A DNA stretch of 64,000 nt from Oscillospiraceae bacterium (GCA_018110785.1 JAGBHD010000026.1:2054-66053); one strand, 5' to 3'; positions 10,231-20,370 are shown, counted from the stretch's first letter. A program made the numbers and translations. Notes: generated by a model from the letters alone, not told the origin.

Positions 10231-10246
10231 AGATATTCAGTTAACT

Positions 10247-11389
10247 TTACTTTTCTATTAAGTCCTCAAAATAAATATCATCACCATAGATATAATAACG
10301 CTTTGTTCCTGCCGAACTTATGACCCTTGCAGTTCTATCCTTGTTTTCCAAGGTTTCACCTTTATAGTTTTTAAGATTAAGACTATAGCTTATCTCTTTA
10401 TGGGGTTTTATCTCTCCTGTGGCTATATTATAGGAGTAAACAGTATAAACATATATAGGCTCTTCCCTATACATATCAAAATAAAAATTTTCATCATCTC
10501 TGCCAAAAACCAGTGTCATCCACCATTCATCGGCAAAAGAGGGGATTATATCATAATGTTTCCCTGTTTTAAGGTCAACGACATTGGTTCCGGGTTCAAG
10601 ATCGACTCCCTCTCTATCAAAGGAAATAGTATATGTAAATAATCCGTTATCCTTAAAACCGCCTTGATCAATACGAGGATCCTCTTTATTTTCGTAAAAT
10701 TTACTTACAGCATTGGTTTCGGGGTCAAATTTAAGGATTGCTTGCTCTTCTGAGAGATAAAATCCATCATCATAGACACCAAAATTTTTAACACCGCTGC
10801 GGATTAGTTCCTCATTTTCTCCGCTTAAGTCGCATCTTAGGAATTCATAGGTTTCGTTAGGCTCTCCTATATTATGCCGTTTGACGTAATATATACTATC
10901 ACCATAGATAGTATAATCACACCAATTTTTAGAAGCAAACGGCAATTTTTTAATACTTATAACATTTCCGTCATTATCAAGATTAATTAAGTAAATTTCT
11001 TCTTTTGTGCTCCTTTGAAGCTCTGCGGCAATCGTGTTTCCTCGAATAGAAAAAGATATGTTAAATCGTGAGCCTTCGGTGGTTAGCTTTTTATTTTCCC
11101 CAGTTTTTTTGTTATAAAGGTATAAATGATAATTGCCTAATTTAACACGATTATAAGAATATACGATATAATTATCTGCCTCATAAAGGTAAAGACCATT
11201 TAGCAGTCTTGATTTTTGGGAACTCTGAAAAAGCGTGGCTTCTTCATAAGGAATTGCTAAATTCTCATTTACTAAGCTACTATTAACTTCAGATGCATCT
11301 AAACTGCTATTGTCTTCTAAAGCATAGCGACAACCGGTAAACAAAAGAGAAACTACTATAAAAAATGTTAGTATTTTAAGTTTCATCAT
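10247..11389 (-). CDS. Secreted lipoprotein of unknown function (beta-propeller-like, DUF5050-like by recollection)
   Basis: 380 aa. Signal peptide with lipobox LLFTGC. Tyr/Asp-rich repeats (YYIYGDDIYF, IYYVKRHN). Has its own promoter and terminator. Confidence 0.7.
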   Translation of the reverse strand: MMKLKILTFFIVVSLLFTGCRYALEDNSSLDASEVNSSLVNENLAIPYEEATLFQSSQKSRLLNGLYLYEADNYIVYSYNRVKLGNYHLYLYNKKTGENKKLTTEGSRFNISFSIRGNTIAAELQRSTKEEIYLINLDNDGNVISIKKLPFASKNWCDYTIYGDSIYYVKRHNIGEPNETYEFLRCDLSGENEELIRSGVKNFGVYDDGFYLSEEQAILKFDPETNAVSKFYENKEDPRIDQGGFKDNGLFTYTISFDREGVDLEPGTNVVDLKTGKHYDIIPSFADEWWMTLVFGRDDENFYFDMYREEPIYVYTVYSYNIATGEIKPHKEISYSLNLKNYKGETLENKDRTARVISSAGTKRYYIYGDDIYFEDLIEK

Positions 11390-11460
11390 TTTCTCCTAAA
11401 TATTTCAACAATTTTGTTTAAAGGCTCAATCGTTTTCACTTTAGCTTAACGCTTATTATT

Positions 11461-11489
11461 AGTATAAAAAATAACAGATTTTTTGTCAA
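11461..11489 (-). promoter_or_regulatory. Promoter of the lipoprotein gene
   Basis: Minus strand reads TTGACA (11484-11489), a 17-nt spacer, then TATACT (11461-11466). Confidence 0.55.
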
Positions 11490-11505
11490 TACGGGTAATT
11501 ACCTG

Positions 11506-11616
11506 ATTTACCACACAATGCCCTCTCACCCTCACATTGCGCTAATAAAGAAAATTGCCACCTCATCCACCGCGAGCGGTCCCCCTTCCCCTCTAAGGGG
11601 AAGGCTCTGAGGGCAT
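11506..11616. repeat. Third copy of the TTGTGTGG motif plus a GC-rich palindromic element
   Basis: The reverse complement of 11506-11525 reads gagggcattgtgtggtaaat. There is a hairpin CCTTCCCC-tctaa-GGGGAAGG (11584-11604) nested inside atgccctc...gagggcat. Confidence 0.5.
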
Positions 11617-11654
11617 AAAAATACTCGCGGCAGATTTTTCTGTCGCGAGTATTT
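11614..11654 (-). terminator. Terminator after aroK
   Basis: A 14-bp hairpin, atactcgcggcaga / tctgtcgcgagtat, with flanking A and T runs. It abuts the aroK TAA. Confidence 0.8.
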
Positions 11655-12209
11655 TTATTTTATAATTCCTTTTTCTTTTAAGGCTTCATAAATTTTTTCT
11701 GCCGTTTGCTCGGCGCTTCCCTCGCCGATAATCTCCATGTCGGCAACCTCTCTATAGGAGATGAGGCGGGAATTATAAAGCTCCTCTAATTCCTCTTTGG
11801 TTTTAGAGTTCGCAATAGGTCTTTTATTGTTGCGCCTTATCCTTTCATAAACCGTTTCAAAAGGAACATTAAGAAAAAGGATAAAGCCTTTCTTTTTGCA
11901 TATCCGAACATTTTTTTCTCTGAGAACCGTTCCGCCGCCCAAGGAAACTATTCTGGACGACTGATGAGAAAGTCTGAAAAGCAGGCGAGTTTCTTTCTTT
12001 CTGAAATATTCCTCGCCTTTTTTCGCGAAAATTTCGGTTATCGGCATATTTTCTTTTTTGGAAATTATAAAATCGGTATCAACTCTGGGAAGAGAAAGGT
12101 TTTTAGATAAAATCATTCCTGCCGTGCTTTTTCCCGAGCCCATAAATCCGCATAGATAAACCGTTTTCTTTAAAGCTTCTTTTTTCATATCAATCAAGCA
12201 ATACTCCAA
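11655..12209 (-). CDS. aroK: Shikimate kinase
   Basis: 184 aa. Walker A motif GFMGSGKST. Overlaps the mrdA 3' end. Confidence 0.85.
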   Translation of the reverse strand: MEYCLIDMKKEALKKTVYLCGFMGSGKSTAGMILSKNLSLPRVDTDFIISKKENMPITEIFAKKGEEYFRKKETRLLFRLSHQSSRIVSLGGGTVLREKNVRICKKKGFILFLNVPFETVYERIRRNNKRPIANSKTKEELEELYNSRLISYREVADMEIIGEGSAEQTAEKIYEALKEKGIIK

Positions 12210-14202
12210 TATCGTCGGGTGTTGTAACTTCCTTTTCGGAGAAATAAAATTCCAAGAAATTTCTAACTAATCTATAGGTGTAATAGCCGTTTTCCTGCAT
12301 AACCGCAAAGGCAATCTGCGGATTATCCGCGGGCGCATAGCCTATCATACACTGGTTGACCTTTTTCTCGGTTACCTGCGGCGTTCCCGTTTTTATAGCC
12401 GCCTTGACCTTTAAAGAGGCAAGTCCCGCCGAGCCCGTTGAATTAGCGGAATTTATCATTCCCTGCTTTATCGCGGCAAAAACCTCGTCGGAAGCATCAA
12501 TTTTAGCCAAAACCTCAGGCTCATATTCATAAACCGTTTGAGAAAGGTCATAGCTTCTGACCTCTTTTAAAATATGTGTTTTATATCGAACTCCATTGTT
12601 TGCAAGAGTCATAGCTGCAGTTGCCATTTGAATAGGGGTAACGGTAGTTTCCGATTGTCCTATTGCCGCCTGCAAGGTATCGCCGTTGTACCAGCTAAGC
12701 CCTAAGCTTTCTGCCGTTTCGGGGCCCGCAAGTCGTCCTGTCGCTTCGCCGATTTCTATACCCGTTTTGGAAGAATATCCGCAAAGAGCGGCATATTCCA
12801 TAAATTTTGTAACGCCGAGTCTTCTTCCAACATCATAGTAAAATATATTGCAAGAATATCCCAACGCCTGCATAACATTTATCGCGCCGTGATGTCCTAA
12901 GCAGCTCGGCTGATAATCGTCATAATAATCGTAAACGTGTTTGCAGGTAACGGTAGAGCTCGGATTTATAATCCCCTCTGTAAGCCCCGCCAAGGAAACC
13001 ATAGTTTTAAAGGTAGAGCCTGGGCGGTAAAGCCCGTTGCAAAAGCGGTTGAATAAAGGATTGCCCTCGGCTGTAAGAAGCTCGGAATAATCCTCGTAAT
13101 AGTTGTTAAGGTCGTATGAGGGGTAGTTCGCTCCCGCTAAAACACCGCCATCGGAAACATCTAAAACAACCATGCTTATTCCCTCAACATCTTTTCCCTC
13201 TCCGCCGCGAGCTTGAAGCCACGAAAAATGCTCGGCAATAATCTCCTGAAGTCCGTTTTGTAAGGTCTGGTCTAAGGTTAAAACAACCGTATCTCCGGGA
13301 CGGGCTTCAACCGTTTCGTTAACCGAAGTAATATTTCCGTATTTATCCTGAGTTACAAGCCTTTTTCCGTCAGTTCCCTTTAAATAGCTTTCAAATGCCT
13401 GCTCGGCGCCGAATTTGCCAACATAGTCGCTCATTTTATAGCCCTGTGCTTTATATGTTTCATATTCGGTTTCATTCATCGCGCCAACAATTCCTATAAT
13501 ATGCGGCGCGCTGGTAGATGCAACATATGCCCTTTCCGACTGGGAAACTATCTCAACTCCCTCGTATTTAAAGGAAAGCTCCGAAAATTTAGCCGCCGTA
13601 GAAACCGAAACACCTGTGCTGAAAACATAGTCGTTATTAGAAGAAAATTCTCTTTTCTCCATTTCATAGCGAACTCCCGCTATAAGCCTTTTTTGTTCGG
13701 CTGTGTAATCGCTCTCAGCAAGAGAATATTTCTGATACAGCGCATCAAGGCAGTTTTCCGCTGTTGCATAAGAGTTAAGCCGAAGCTTTGTTTTTAAAGC
13801 CTCTGCCGCCGCTTCCTCTCCCTCGTTAAATATAAAAGGAGCGTTTTTGGATATAGGCAGAGTATCGTTCCATTTTTCATCAGAAGCACTAAGCAAGGAG
13901 GCTAACTCTAAAATAGTTTGATTTTCTGTTTCTTTTGGCAAGAAGTTTCTCTGGAATACAATGTTATAGCCTATTGTATTAACCGCATAAGGGCGCCCGT
14001 TTCGGTCGATTATCTCTCCGCGCGCCGCTAAAATAGCAGAGCTTGAGGAAAAGCTGCTTTCGGCAAGGGCGCTGTAATATGCTCCGTTTACTATCTGCAG
14101 CTGCATAAGCCGATAATAATAGCATAAAATAACGGCTACTATAATGCAAATCAGGATAACTACCCTGCTTCGCTTCTGAAAGCCGCCTTGAGCCGTTTTC
14201 AT
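12190..14202 (-). CDS. mrdA: Penicillin-binding protein 2 (elongasome transpeptidase)
   Basis: 670 aa. N-terminal TM segment. Motifs STFK (SxxK), SCN (SxN) and KTGT. Directly follows mreD. Confidence 0.9.
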   Translation of the reverse strand: MKTAQGGFQKRSRVVILICIIVAVILCYYYRLMQLQIVNGAYYSALAESSFSSSSAILAARGEIIDRNGRPYAVNTIGYNIVFQRNFLPKETENQTILELASLLSASDEKWNDTLPISKNAPFIFNEGEEAAAEALKTKLRLNSYATAENCLDALYQKYSLAESDYTAEQKRLIAGVRYEMEKREFSSNNDYVFSTGVSVSTAAKFSELSFKYEGVEIVSQSERAYVASTSAPHIIGIVGAMNETEYETYKAQGYKMSDYVGKFGAEQAFESYLKGTDGKRLVTQDKYGNITSVNETVEARPGDTVVLTLDQTLQNGLQEIIAEHFSWLQARGGEGKDVEGISMVVLDVSDGGVLAGANYPSYDLNNYYEDYSELLTAEGNPLFNRFCNGLYRPGSTFKTMVSLAGLTEGIINPSSTVTCKHVYDYYDDYQPSCLGHHGAINVMQALGYSCNIFYYDVGRRLGVTKFMEYAALCGYSSKTGIEIGEATGRLAGPETAESLGLSWYNGDTLQAAIGQSETTVTPIQMATAAMTLANNGVRYKTHILKEVRSYDLSQTVYEYEPEVLAKIDASDEVFAAIKQGMINSANSTGSAGLASLKVKAAIKTGTPQVTEKKVNQCMIGYAPADNPQIAFAVMQENGYYTYRLVRNFLEFYFSEKEVTTPDDIGVLLD

Positions 14203-14727
14203 CTAAAGCTCCTCCTCTCCCAAATAGTCGTTTATCTTTTTAATTATAAAATAGGTTATCGGAACGATAAGAATAGTTATAAATATCGAGGGAATTACCG
14301 AACGATAAAAAAGCGCAATTCTTCCGCCTTTTTCAAACAAAACATTGAAAATGAAATAATAAAAGCTTTTTGCCATTATAATTCCAACCGCATTTATAAT
14401 AAGCGCATTGGTAAAGCTTCTTCTTATAAGCAGCGCTACTACCAAAGACACAGCTACGGCTAAAACAAGGTATAAAATCCCGTGAAACCCGAAAATTCCC
14501 GTCGAGGAAAGGTCCTTTAAAAGACCTGCCGCAACCGCAAAGCAAGCCGCCGTCAAAGGAGGGGCAAACATCGAAACGGTAATCGCAAACACAACGAGAA
14601 AATCCGGCGATACTGCCCGCCAGAATGTAAAAGGTACCATATCTGCAACATATGTCATTAAAAGAAGCACAGCAAGAACAACTATACGAATTATATTCTT
14701 GCGAGCCGCAATCGACTTGTTAAGCAT
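14203..14727 (-). CDS. mreD: Rod shape-determining protein MreD
   Basis: 174 aa polytopic membrane protein with SPDFLVVF, an MreD-like motif. Position between mreC and mrdA. Its TAG stop abuts the mrdA ATG. Confidence 0.75.
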   Translation of the reverse strand: MLNKSIAARKNIIRIVVLAVLLLMTYVADMVPFTFWRAVSPDFLVVFAITVSMFAPPLTAACFAVAAGLLKDLSSTGIFGFHGILYLVLAVAVSLVVALLIRRSFTNALIINAVGIIMAKSFYYFIFNVLFEKGGRIALFYRSVIPSIFITILIVPITYFIIKKINDYLGEEEL

Positions 14728-14772
14728 TTACCTCTTCCTCTCAGTCGTTGTTTTTGTCGTAAAGATAAGCCT

Positions 14773-15141
14773 TTATGCTATCGCTTGAAAAACCTTAACA
14801 GACGAAAAAATAATATACAAAATAAAAATAAGAATTGCTATAATCTGCAAACTCGTTATGCCCTCAAGCGGCATAATGTATGTAAAGATATAAAAAACAT
14901 AAAATCCGTAGGCTAAATTTCCCCATGAATAAAGATGCCTGCCAAAGGGAGCAGCGAAAAAAAGCCAAGGCGAAATGAGAAGAGCAAAGGTTAAAATGCT
15001 TGTCTTTCCCGCAATTATTGCTACAGCTAAAGCCAAAACAGTAAATACGGCAGTATAAGCTCTGCTCTCTATTTTCCCTCTTTTAAGCCGCTTTTCTCTG
15101 ATAATGCGGTTTTCTTCTGCCGCAGTTTTGTTTTCTTCCAC
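14773..15141 (-). CDS. Small membrane protein of unknown function inside the mre operon
   Basis: 122 aa. Charged N-terminus followed by about 3 TM helices. GTG start 6 nt after a GGAGGA that lies in the last mreC codons. Confidence 0.6.
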   Translation of the reverse strand: MEENKTAAEENRIIREKRLKRGKIESRAYTAVFTVLALAVAIIAGKTSILTFALLISPWLFFAAPFGRHLYSWGNLAYGFYVFYIFTYIMPLEGITSLQIIAILIFILYIIFSSVKVFQAIA

Positions 15142-15143
15142 TT

Positions 15144-15986
15144 TTATTCCTCCAAAACTCCGAAATCGGTTACAACATAAACACCCTTTATGTCGTTAAT
15201 GTTTTCAATAGTTTCCAAAACCGCATAAAGAGAAACTCCGTTAGGTTCGGATAAAACCTCTCTTACAGTTCCTAAAATCAAATCTTCAGGATAAAGTCCG
15301 CTCGCGCCGCTGGTAACAACCAAGTCGCCTGCGGCAACCTTGGAATCTCGCGAAATATAGGAAAGCTTCATCGTAGAGTTTAAAGCCCATGAGGTAACCC
15401 CTCCGCAAACCCCCGTATCTCTCGTTCTTAAAATTCTCGCGCCTATCTGCAAATCGGTGCTAAGCACAGTTGTAACCCTCGCGGAGGTTGGGAAAACCTC
15501 GGTTACAACCCCTACCATTCCCGCAGGTGTTATAACGGCATCGCGAAGCGAAACGCCCGAAAACGAGCCCTTGTCGATGGTAAAAGATGTTCCGTAATCA
15601 TCGGTATCTCTGCCGATAATATCGGCGGATACTAATGTTAAATTAGGATTTTCCTCTTTTATCTGCAAAAGCTCTTTCATTCGCTCGTTTTCGTTTTTAT
15701 AGTTTTCAAAATCGACCATCTGATTTTTTAAATCGGCTATCTCTGCTTTTAGCTCTTCATTTTCCTTGGCTATTCTGTGAGGACTTGTAATGTTAGTCCA
15801 AAATGTAGAAACCGATGAGCTTATAGAGGAAGCGATTCCCTGAAAAGGCGCCGCTACAACCGTCAGCATCTTCTCTATAAAAGAGGTTTCTCCTGGATTT
15901 GCCGCCGAATAAACCATAAGTCCGGCGAGAACAACCGCTATCGCCAAAACGATTTTAAAGGTTATGCTGCTGAAAAATTTTCGCAT
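15144..15986 (-). CDS. mreC: Rod shape-determining protein MreC
   Basis: 280 aa. N-terminal TM segment, a coiled coil (ENEELKAEIADLKNQ) and a C-terminal beta domain. Confidence 0.88.
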   Translation of the reverse strand: MRKFFSSITFKIVLAIAVVLAGLMVYSAANPGETSFIEKMLTVVAAPFQGIASSISSSVSTFWTNITSPHRIAKENEELKAEIADLKNQMVDFENYKNENERMKELLQIKEENPNLTLVSADIIGRDTDDYGTSFTIDKGSFSGVSLRDAVITPAGMVGVVTEVFPTSARVTTVLSTDLQIGARILRTRDTGVCGGVTSWALNSTMKLSYISRDSKVAAGDLVVTSGASGLYPEDLILGTVREVLSEPNGVSLYAVLETIENINDIKGVYVVTDFGVLEE

Positions 15987-16067
15987 ACTTTTTATGCCTC
16001 CCGCAAATCATAAACCGCAGAGAGAGCCCTAATACAGGCATCGGTCTGCGGTCATATCTTATTCGGA

Positions 16068-17084
16068 TTAATAATCTGCGCTGGTAAGAACATCCTTCAA
16101 AACATCGAAATTCTCTAATGTCATGCCCGTTCCCTTCGCAACGCAATCCAGCGGATCCTCTGCAATTCTGACAGGCATTCCGGTTTCGCTGGTAATAAGG
16201 TTGCCGAGTCCGCGAAGCAAAGCGCCGCCGCCGGTAAGAACAATACCATAGTCGATAATATCTGCGGCAAGCTCAGGCGGAGTTTTCTCTAATGTAGCCT
16301 TAATTGCATCAACAACCTGCATCAAAGGCTCTCTTAAAGCCTCTCTTATCTCCCAAGCTTCGATGCTGATATTTATAGGAAGTCCGTCGATAAGGTTTCT
16401 TCCCTTAATCTCCATAGTTCCCTCGTCATCATATTCCCAAGCTGAGCCAATATTTATCTTTATCTCCTCGGCAGTTCTCTCACCGATTAAAATATTGTAT
16501 TTTTTCTTGATGTAAGCAATAATGCTTCTGTCAAACTCATCGCCTGCAACGCGAACCGAGCGCGAAGCAACAATACCTCCCAAGGAAATAACCGCAACCT
16601 CGGTAGTTCCGCCGCCGATATCAACAACCATGCTTCCTACAGCCTCCGAAACCTGAAGACCTGCTCCGATAGCAGCCGCCATAGGCTCTTCGATAATCTC
16701 AACGTGTCTTGCTCCTGCTGCTGTTGCAGCCTCGCCAACAGCCCTTTTCTCAACCGCGGTAACTCCGTAAGGAATGCAGATAATAACGCGGGGACGGGAG
16801 AAGAATGTATTTCCTAAAACCTTTTTAAGGAATATCTGGAGCATACTTGCCGTAATATCAAAATCAGCAATAACGCCGTCTTTCAAAGGCTTTATAGCAA
16901 CGATGGAGCCGGGAGTTCTTCCGATAACCTCTTTAGCCTCATGGCCTACAAAACGAACAACACCTGTCTTTTTCTCAACCGCCACAACCGACGGCTCTCT
17001 CATTATAATTCCCTTGTCCTTCATGAAAACAAGCGTATTCGCTGTTCCAAGGTCAATTCCGATATCTTTTCTGAAAGAAAACAT
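16068..17084 (-). CDS. mreB: Rod shape-determining actin homologue MreB
   Basis: Motifs DLGTANT and [10 protein letters not shown] prefer ATG 17084 (AGGAGG 7 nt upstream, giving [13 protein letters not shown]) over the track start at 17150. Confidence 0.9.
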   Translation of the reverse strand: MFSFRKDIGIDLGTANTLVFMKDKGIIMREPSVVAVEKKTGVVRFVGHEAKEVIGRTPGSIVAIKPLKDGVIADFDITASMLQIFLKKVLGNTFFSRPRVIICIPYGVTAVEKRAVGEAATAAGARHVEIIEEPMAAAIGAGLQVSEAVGSMVVDIGGGTTEVAVISLGGIVASRSVRVAGDEFDRSIIAYIKKKYNILIGERTAEEIKINIGSAWEYDDEGTMEIKGRNLIDGLPINISIEAWEIREALREPLMQVVDAIKATLEKTPPELAADIIDYGIVLTGGGALLRGLGNLITSETGMPVRIAEDPLDCVAKGTGMTLENFDVLKDVLTSADY

Positions 17085-17185
17085 TGAACTTCCTCCTGAT
17101 TTTTTCTTCTTTTCCTTTAAAAAATTATTCATAACCATATTATAACCCACCCTTTCAAAAAACTCAACATATTTTTTAATAATCG

Positions 17186-17824
17186 TTATAATTTAGGAGC
17201 ATCGGTTTTAAGCTCTTTGAGATGCTCGTCGGCCCCTTTTAAAACTATTCTGTATTCCCCGTTTTCATATTCGACTATCGTAACCGAGCCGTTTGTAACA
17301 ACAGGCTCATTTTTCATCTCTGTAATCGGCTTGTTTTGCCAAAAGGTTAAAAGGCTTTTTATAACTATCCCGTGTGTTGCGATGGCTATTTTTTTGCCCT
17401 CGTTCTCTTTAATAATTTTTTCAGCCGCAAAAGAAACCCTTTTTCTTACATCCTCGGAGCTTTCTCCCTCAGGCGCTTTAAAAATGCCTATATCATTTTT
17501 AAAGGCATCATATTCCAAAGGATATTTTTCCTTTACCTCATCATAGCTCATCGAGCCCCAGGAGCCGAAAAAATGCTCATTAAGCTCCTTTATGGGAATA
17601 ACCCGAAGTCCTATGTTTTCGGCTATCGGCTCTGCCGTTTCATATGCCCTTTTCAAACAGCTCGAATAAACCGCCTCTATTTTTTTGTCCTTTAAAAATT
17701 CAGCCGTTGCCCTCGCTTGAGCCTTTCCCAGCTCGGTTAAATCTGCATCGACCTGACCTGTAAATATCCTCGTCAGGTTAGAGGTACTCTGTCCGTGGCG
17801 AATTAAATAAATCTCGGTTTTCAA
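17186..17824 (-). CDS. Histidine phosphatase family protein (phosphoglycerate mutase-like)
   Basis: 212 aa. LIRHGQS catalytic RHG motif. Confidence 0.8.
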   Translation of the reverse strand: MKTEIYLIRHGQSTSNLTRIFTGQVDADLTELGKAQARATAEFLKDKKIEAVYSSCLKRAYETAEPIAENIGLRVIPIKELNEHFFGSWGSMSYDEVKEKYPLEYDAFKNDIGIFKAPEGESSEDVRKRVSFAAEKIIKENEGKKIAIATHGIVIKSLLTFWQNKPITEMKNEPVVTNGSVTIVEYENGEYRIVLKGADEHLKELKTDAPKL

Positions 17825-17882
17825 TTTTAAACATCTCCAATTTAGATAATTATACCATTATAAAAATAAAGGTGTCAAGCGG

Positions 17883-17911
17883 TTGCAAGAAAAGGATTTT
17901 TTTGATATAAT
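17883..17911 (+). promoter_or_regulatory. Promoter of tex
   Basis: TTGCAA (17883-17888), a 17-nt spacer, then TATAAT (17906-17911). Confidence 0.65.
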
Positions 17912-17947
17912 CTAAGCTGTATTTAAACTCATAAACGGAGGCAGAAA

Positions 17948-20092
17948 ATGGATATTATAAAAGCTCTGACATTAGAATTTTCTTTAAGACAAACTCAGGT
18001 TGAAAATGCCGTAAAACTTTTAGACGACGGTAATACAGTTCCCTTCATCGCCCGATACCGCAAGGAAATGACAGGCTCTTTAGACGATCAGGTTTTAAGA
18101 GAGCTTGCCGACAGACTCTCCTATCTTCGCTCGTTAGACGAAAGAAGAGAAACAGTCCGCGCTTCTATAGAAGAGCAGGGCGCTATGACAGAGGAAATAT
18201 CTGTAGCACTCGAGCAGGCTGTAACCATGACCGAGATTGAAGATATATATCGCCCCTTCCGCCCCAAGCGCAAAACAAGGGCAACTATCGCTTTAGCCAA
18301 AGGCTTAAAGCCTTTAGCCGATAGCATCTTAAACCCCGAAAACGATACTCCCCTTGAAGCTTTAGCGGCAGAATATATAAACGAAGAGTTAGGTGTTAAT
18401 TCTCCCGAAGAGGCTTTAGCAGGAGCTAATGATATCATAGCCGAAATAATTTCCGACGACGCTTCTATAAGAAAGCGCCTAAGGGTTGTTTGCTCTAACT
18501 TCGGCTTCCTTTCGGCATCTTCCGATAAGGAAGATATGGGTGTTTATGAAATGTATAAAAGCTTTAAAGAAAAGCTTTCCAAGGTAGCCTCTCACAGAAT
18601 TTTAGCAATAAACCGCGGCGAAAAAGAGGGAATTTTAAAGGCTTCTGTCGAATTTGAAGAGGAACGCGCCTTAAAAATAATAAACTCTTCCTACGCGAAA
18701 GACTCTAACCCCTATAAAGAGTTCCTCGAAAATGCCGCTAAGGATTCCTATAACCGCCTCTTATTCCCCTCTTTGGAAAGAGAGATAAGAAACGAGCTTA
18801 CAGATAATGCAAGCGAAAAGGCAATAAAGGTTTTCGCCCTTAATCTAAAGCAGCTGCTTATGCAGCCCCCCGTTAAAGGAAAGGTAACCTTAGGGCTTGA
18901 CCCCGGTTACAGAACGGGCTGTAAGGTAGCCGTTATAGATGAAACGGGCAAGGTCCTTGCAACCTCGGTTATCTATCCCGCTCCGCCTCATAATAAAATA
19001 GCAGAGGCCGAAAAAACAATCTCCGAGCTTATAAAAAAGCATTCGGTTGAAATAATCGCAATAGGAAACGGTACTGCGAGCCACGAAACTGAGGTTTTCG
19101 CCGCCGATTTAATTAAAAAGTTAGGATTAGAGGTAAAATATATGGTAGTTTCCGAAGCGGGCGCGAGCGTTTATTCGGCTTCCAAGCTTGCCGCTAAGGA
19201 ATTCCCCGATTATGATGTTTCGCTGAGAAGCGCCGTTTCCATAGCAAGAAGACTTGAAGACCCCTTAGCCGAGCTTGTTAAAATAGATCCTAAGGCTATC
19301 GGTGTCGGTCAGTATCAGCATGATATGCCCCAAGCCGAGCTTGGCAATGCCCTTTCGGGTGTTGTTGAAGCCTGCGTAAACTCTGTGGGTGTCGATTTAA
19401 ATACCGCATCTGCGCCTCTTTTATCCCGCGTTTCGGGCCTTTCGGACTCGGTAGCGCAGAATATCGTTGCTTACCGCGAGGAAAACGGAGCCTTTAAATC
19501 AAGAAGTGAGCTTAAAAAGGTCCCCAAGCTCGGTCCTAAAGCCTTTCAGCAGTGCGCGGGCTTTCTCAGAATCGTAGGCGGTAAAAACGCCCTCGATTCA
19601 ACCGCCGTACACCCCGAAAGCTATGATGCGGCAGAAAAGCTTATCTCTTTATTAGGCTTTACGGAAAAAGACGTTGTATCGGGAAAGCTTTCGAATATCT
19701 CCGAAAAGTTAAGTCTTCGCGGAGCAGATAAAACAGCCGAGGAAATCGGAATCGGTGTTCCAACCCTTATAGATATCGCAGAATTTTTAGCTAAGCCTGG
19801 GCGCGACCCGCGCGACGACCTCCCCGCCCCTATGCTCAGAAGCGATGTTATGTCCTTAGAGGACTTAAAACCGGGCATGGAGCTTACAGGTACCGTAAGA
19901 AACGTCGTCGATTTCGGTGCATTCGTTGATATCGGTGTCCATGAAGACGGGCTTGTCCATATCTCCGAAATCTGCGACCGCTTCATTCGCCACCCCTCAG
20001 AAGAGCTCTCGGTCGGCGATATCGTTAAAGTCTATGTCCTCTCAGTCGATACAAATAAAAAGCGCATCTCCCTTACAATGAAAAAGAAATAA
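17948..20092 (+). CDS. tex: Transcription accessory protein Tex (S1 RNA-binding)
   Basis: 714 aa. N-terminal FIARYRKEMTG, YqgF-like and HhH regions, and a C-terminal S1 domain (GTVRNVVDFGAFVDIG). Confidence 0.9.
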   Translation: MDIIKALTLEFSLRQTQVENAVKLLDDGNTVPFIARYRKEMTGSLDDQVLRELADRLSYLRSLDERRETVRASIEEQGAMTEEISVALEQAVTMTEIEDIYRPFRPKRKTRATIALAKGLKPLADSILNPENDTPLEALAAEYINEELGVNSPEEALAGANDIIAEIISDDASIRKRLRVVCSNFGFLSASSDKEDMGVYEMYKSFKEKLSKVASHRILAINRGEKEGILKASVEFEEERALKIINSSYAKDSNPYKEFLENAAKDSYNRLLFPSLEREIRNELTDNASEKAIKVFALNLKQLLMQPPVKGKVTLGLDPGYRTGCKVAVIDETGKVLATSVIYPAPPHNKIAEAEKTISELIKKHSVEIIAIGNGTASHETEVFAADLIKKLGLEVKYMVVSEAGASVYSASKLAAKEFPDYDVSLRSAVSIARRLEDPLAELVKIDPKAIGVGQYQHDMPQAELGNALSGVVEACVNSVGVDLNTASAPLLSRVSGLSDSVAQNIVAYREENGAFKSRSELKKVPKLGPKAFQQCAGFLRIVGGKNALDSTAVHPESYDAAEKLISLLGFTEKDVVSGKLSNISEKLSLRGADKTAEEIGIGVPTLIDIAEFLAKPGRDPRDDLPAPMLRSDVMSLEDLKPGMELTGTVRNVVDFGAFVDIGVHEDGLVHISEICDRFIRHPSEELSVGDIVKVYVLSVDTNKKRISLTMKKK

Positions 20093-20126
20093 ATCTTCTT
20101 GATTTTATCTTAGAAAGGTTGTTTTT

Positions 20127-20321
20127 ATGTACCTTTACCCAAGGCTCAGAGATATGCGAGAGGACAGCGATAAAACTCAGGCTGATATTGCTTCTGTTTT
20201 AGAAATAACGAGCCAACAATATCAGCTATACGAAAGCAGCAAACGCGAGATCCCCGTTCATCATTTAATAACCCTTTCTCAGTTTTATAATGTTTCGGTC
20301 GATTATCTTCTCGGACTTTAG
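20127..20321 (+). CDS. XRE-family helix-turn-helix transcriptional regulator
   Basis: 64 aa. HTH region KTQADIASVLEITSQQYQLYESSKREIP. Starts 35 nt after tex. Confidence 0.8.
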   Translation: MYLYPRLRDMREDSDKTQADIASVLEITSQQYQLYESSKREIPVHHLITLSQFYNVSVDYLLGL

Positions 20322-20334
20322 AAAAAGCCGATAA

Positions 20335-20370
20335 CTAAAAAAGCAAACTCAGACGAGTTTGCTTTTTTGT
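20335..20370. terminator. Bidirectional terminator (XRE gene / HAD gene)
   Basis: AAGCAAACTC-agac-GAGTTTGCTT with an A-run and a T-run. Confidence 0.85.

Noticed and set aside
10183-10233. 16-codon ORF (MKQEKTRRYLLIPPCF) in the asd-lipoprotein spacer
   Set aside because: It has no RBS, and its sequence is simply the terminator hairpin read as codons.
17085-17150. N-terminal extensions in the ORF track: mreB 17150, U32 28320, rplK 33543, minD-like 34833, COG2426 49056, DUF4340 53429, GldG-like 54973, small ORF 60866 and rnpA 63883
   Set aside because: In each case an internal start codon has a proper AGGAGG-type RBS at 5-9 nt and gives the family-typical N-terminus. The longer forms lack an RBS or run through upstream genes or hairpins.
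20127-20321. Small XRE regulator as an antitoxin or prophage repressor
   Set aside because: There is no adjacent small toxin-like ORF, integrase or phage genes. It sits 35 nt after tex and before a bidirectional terminator.
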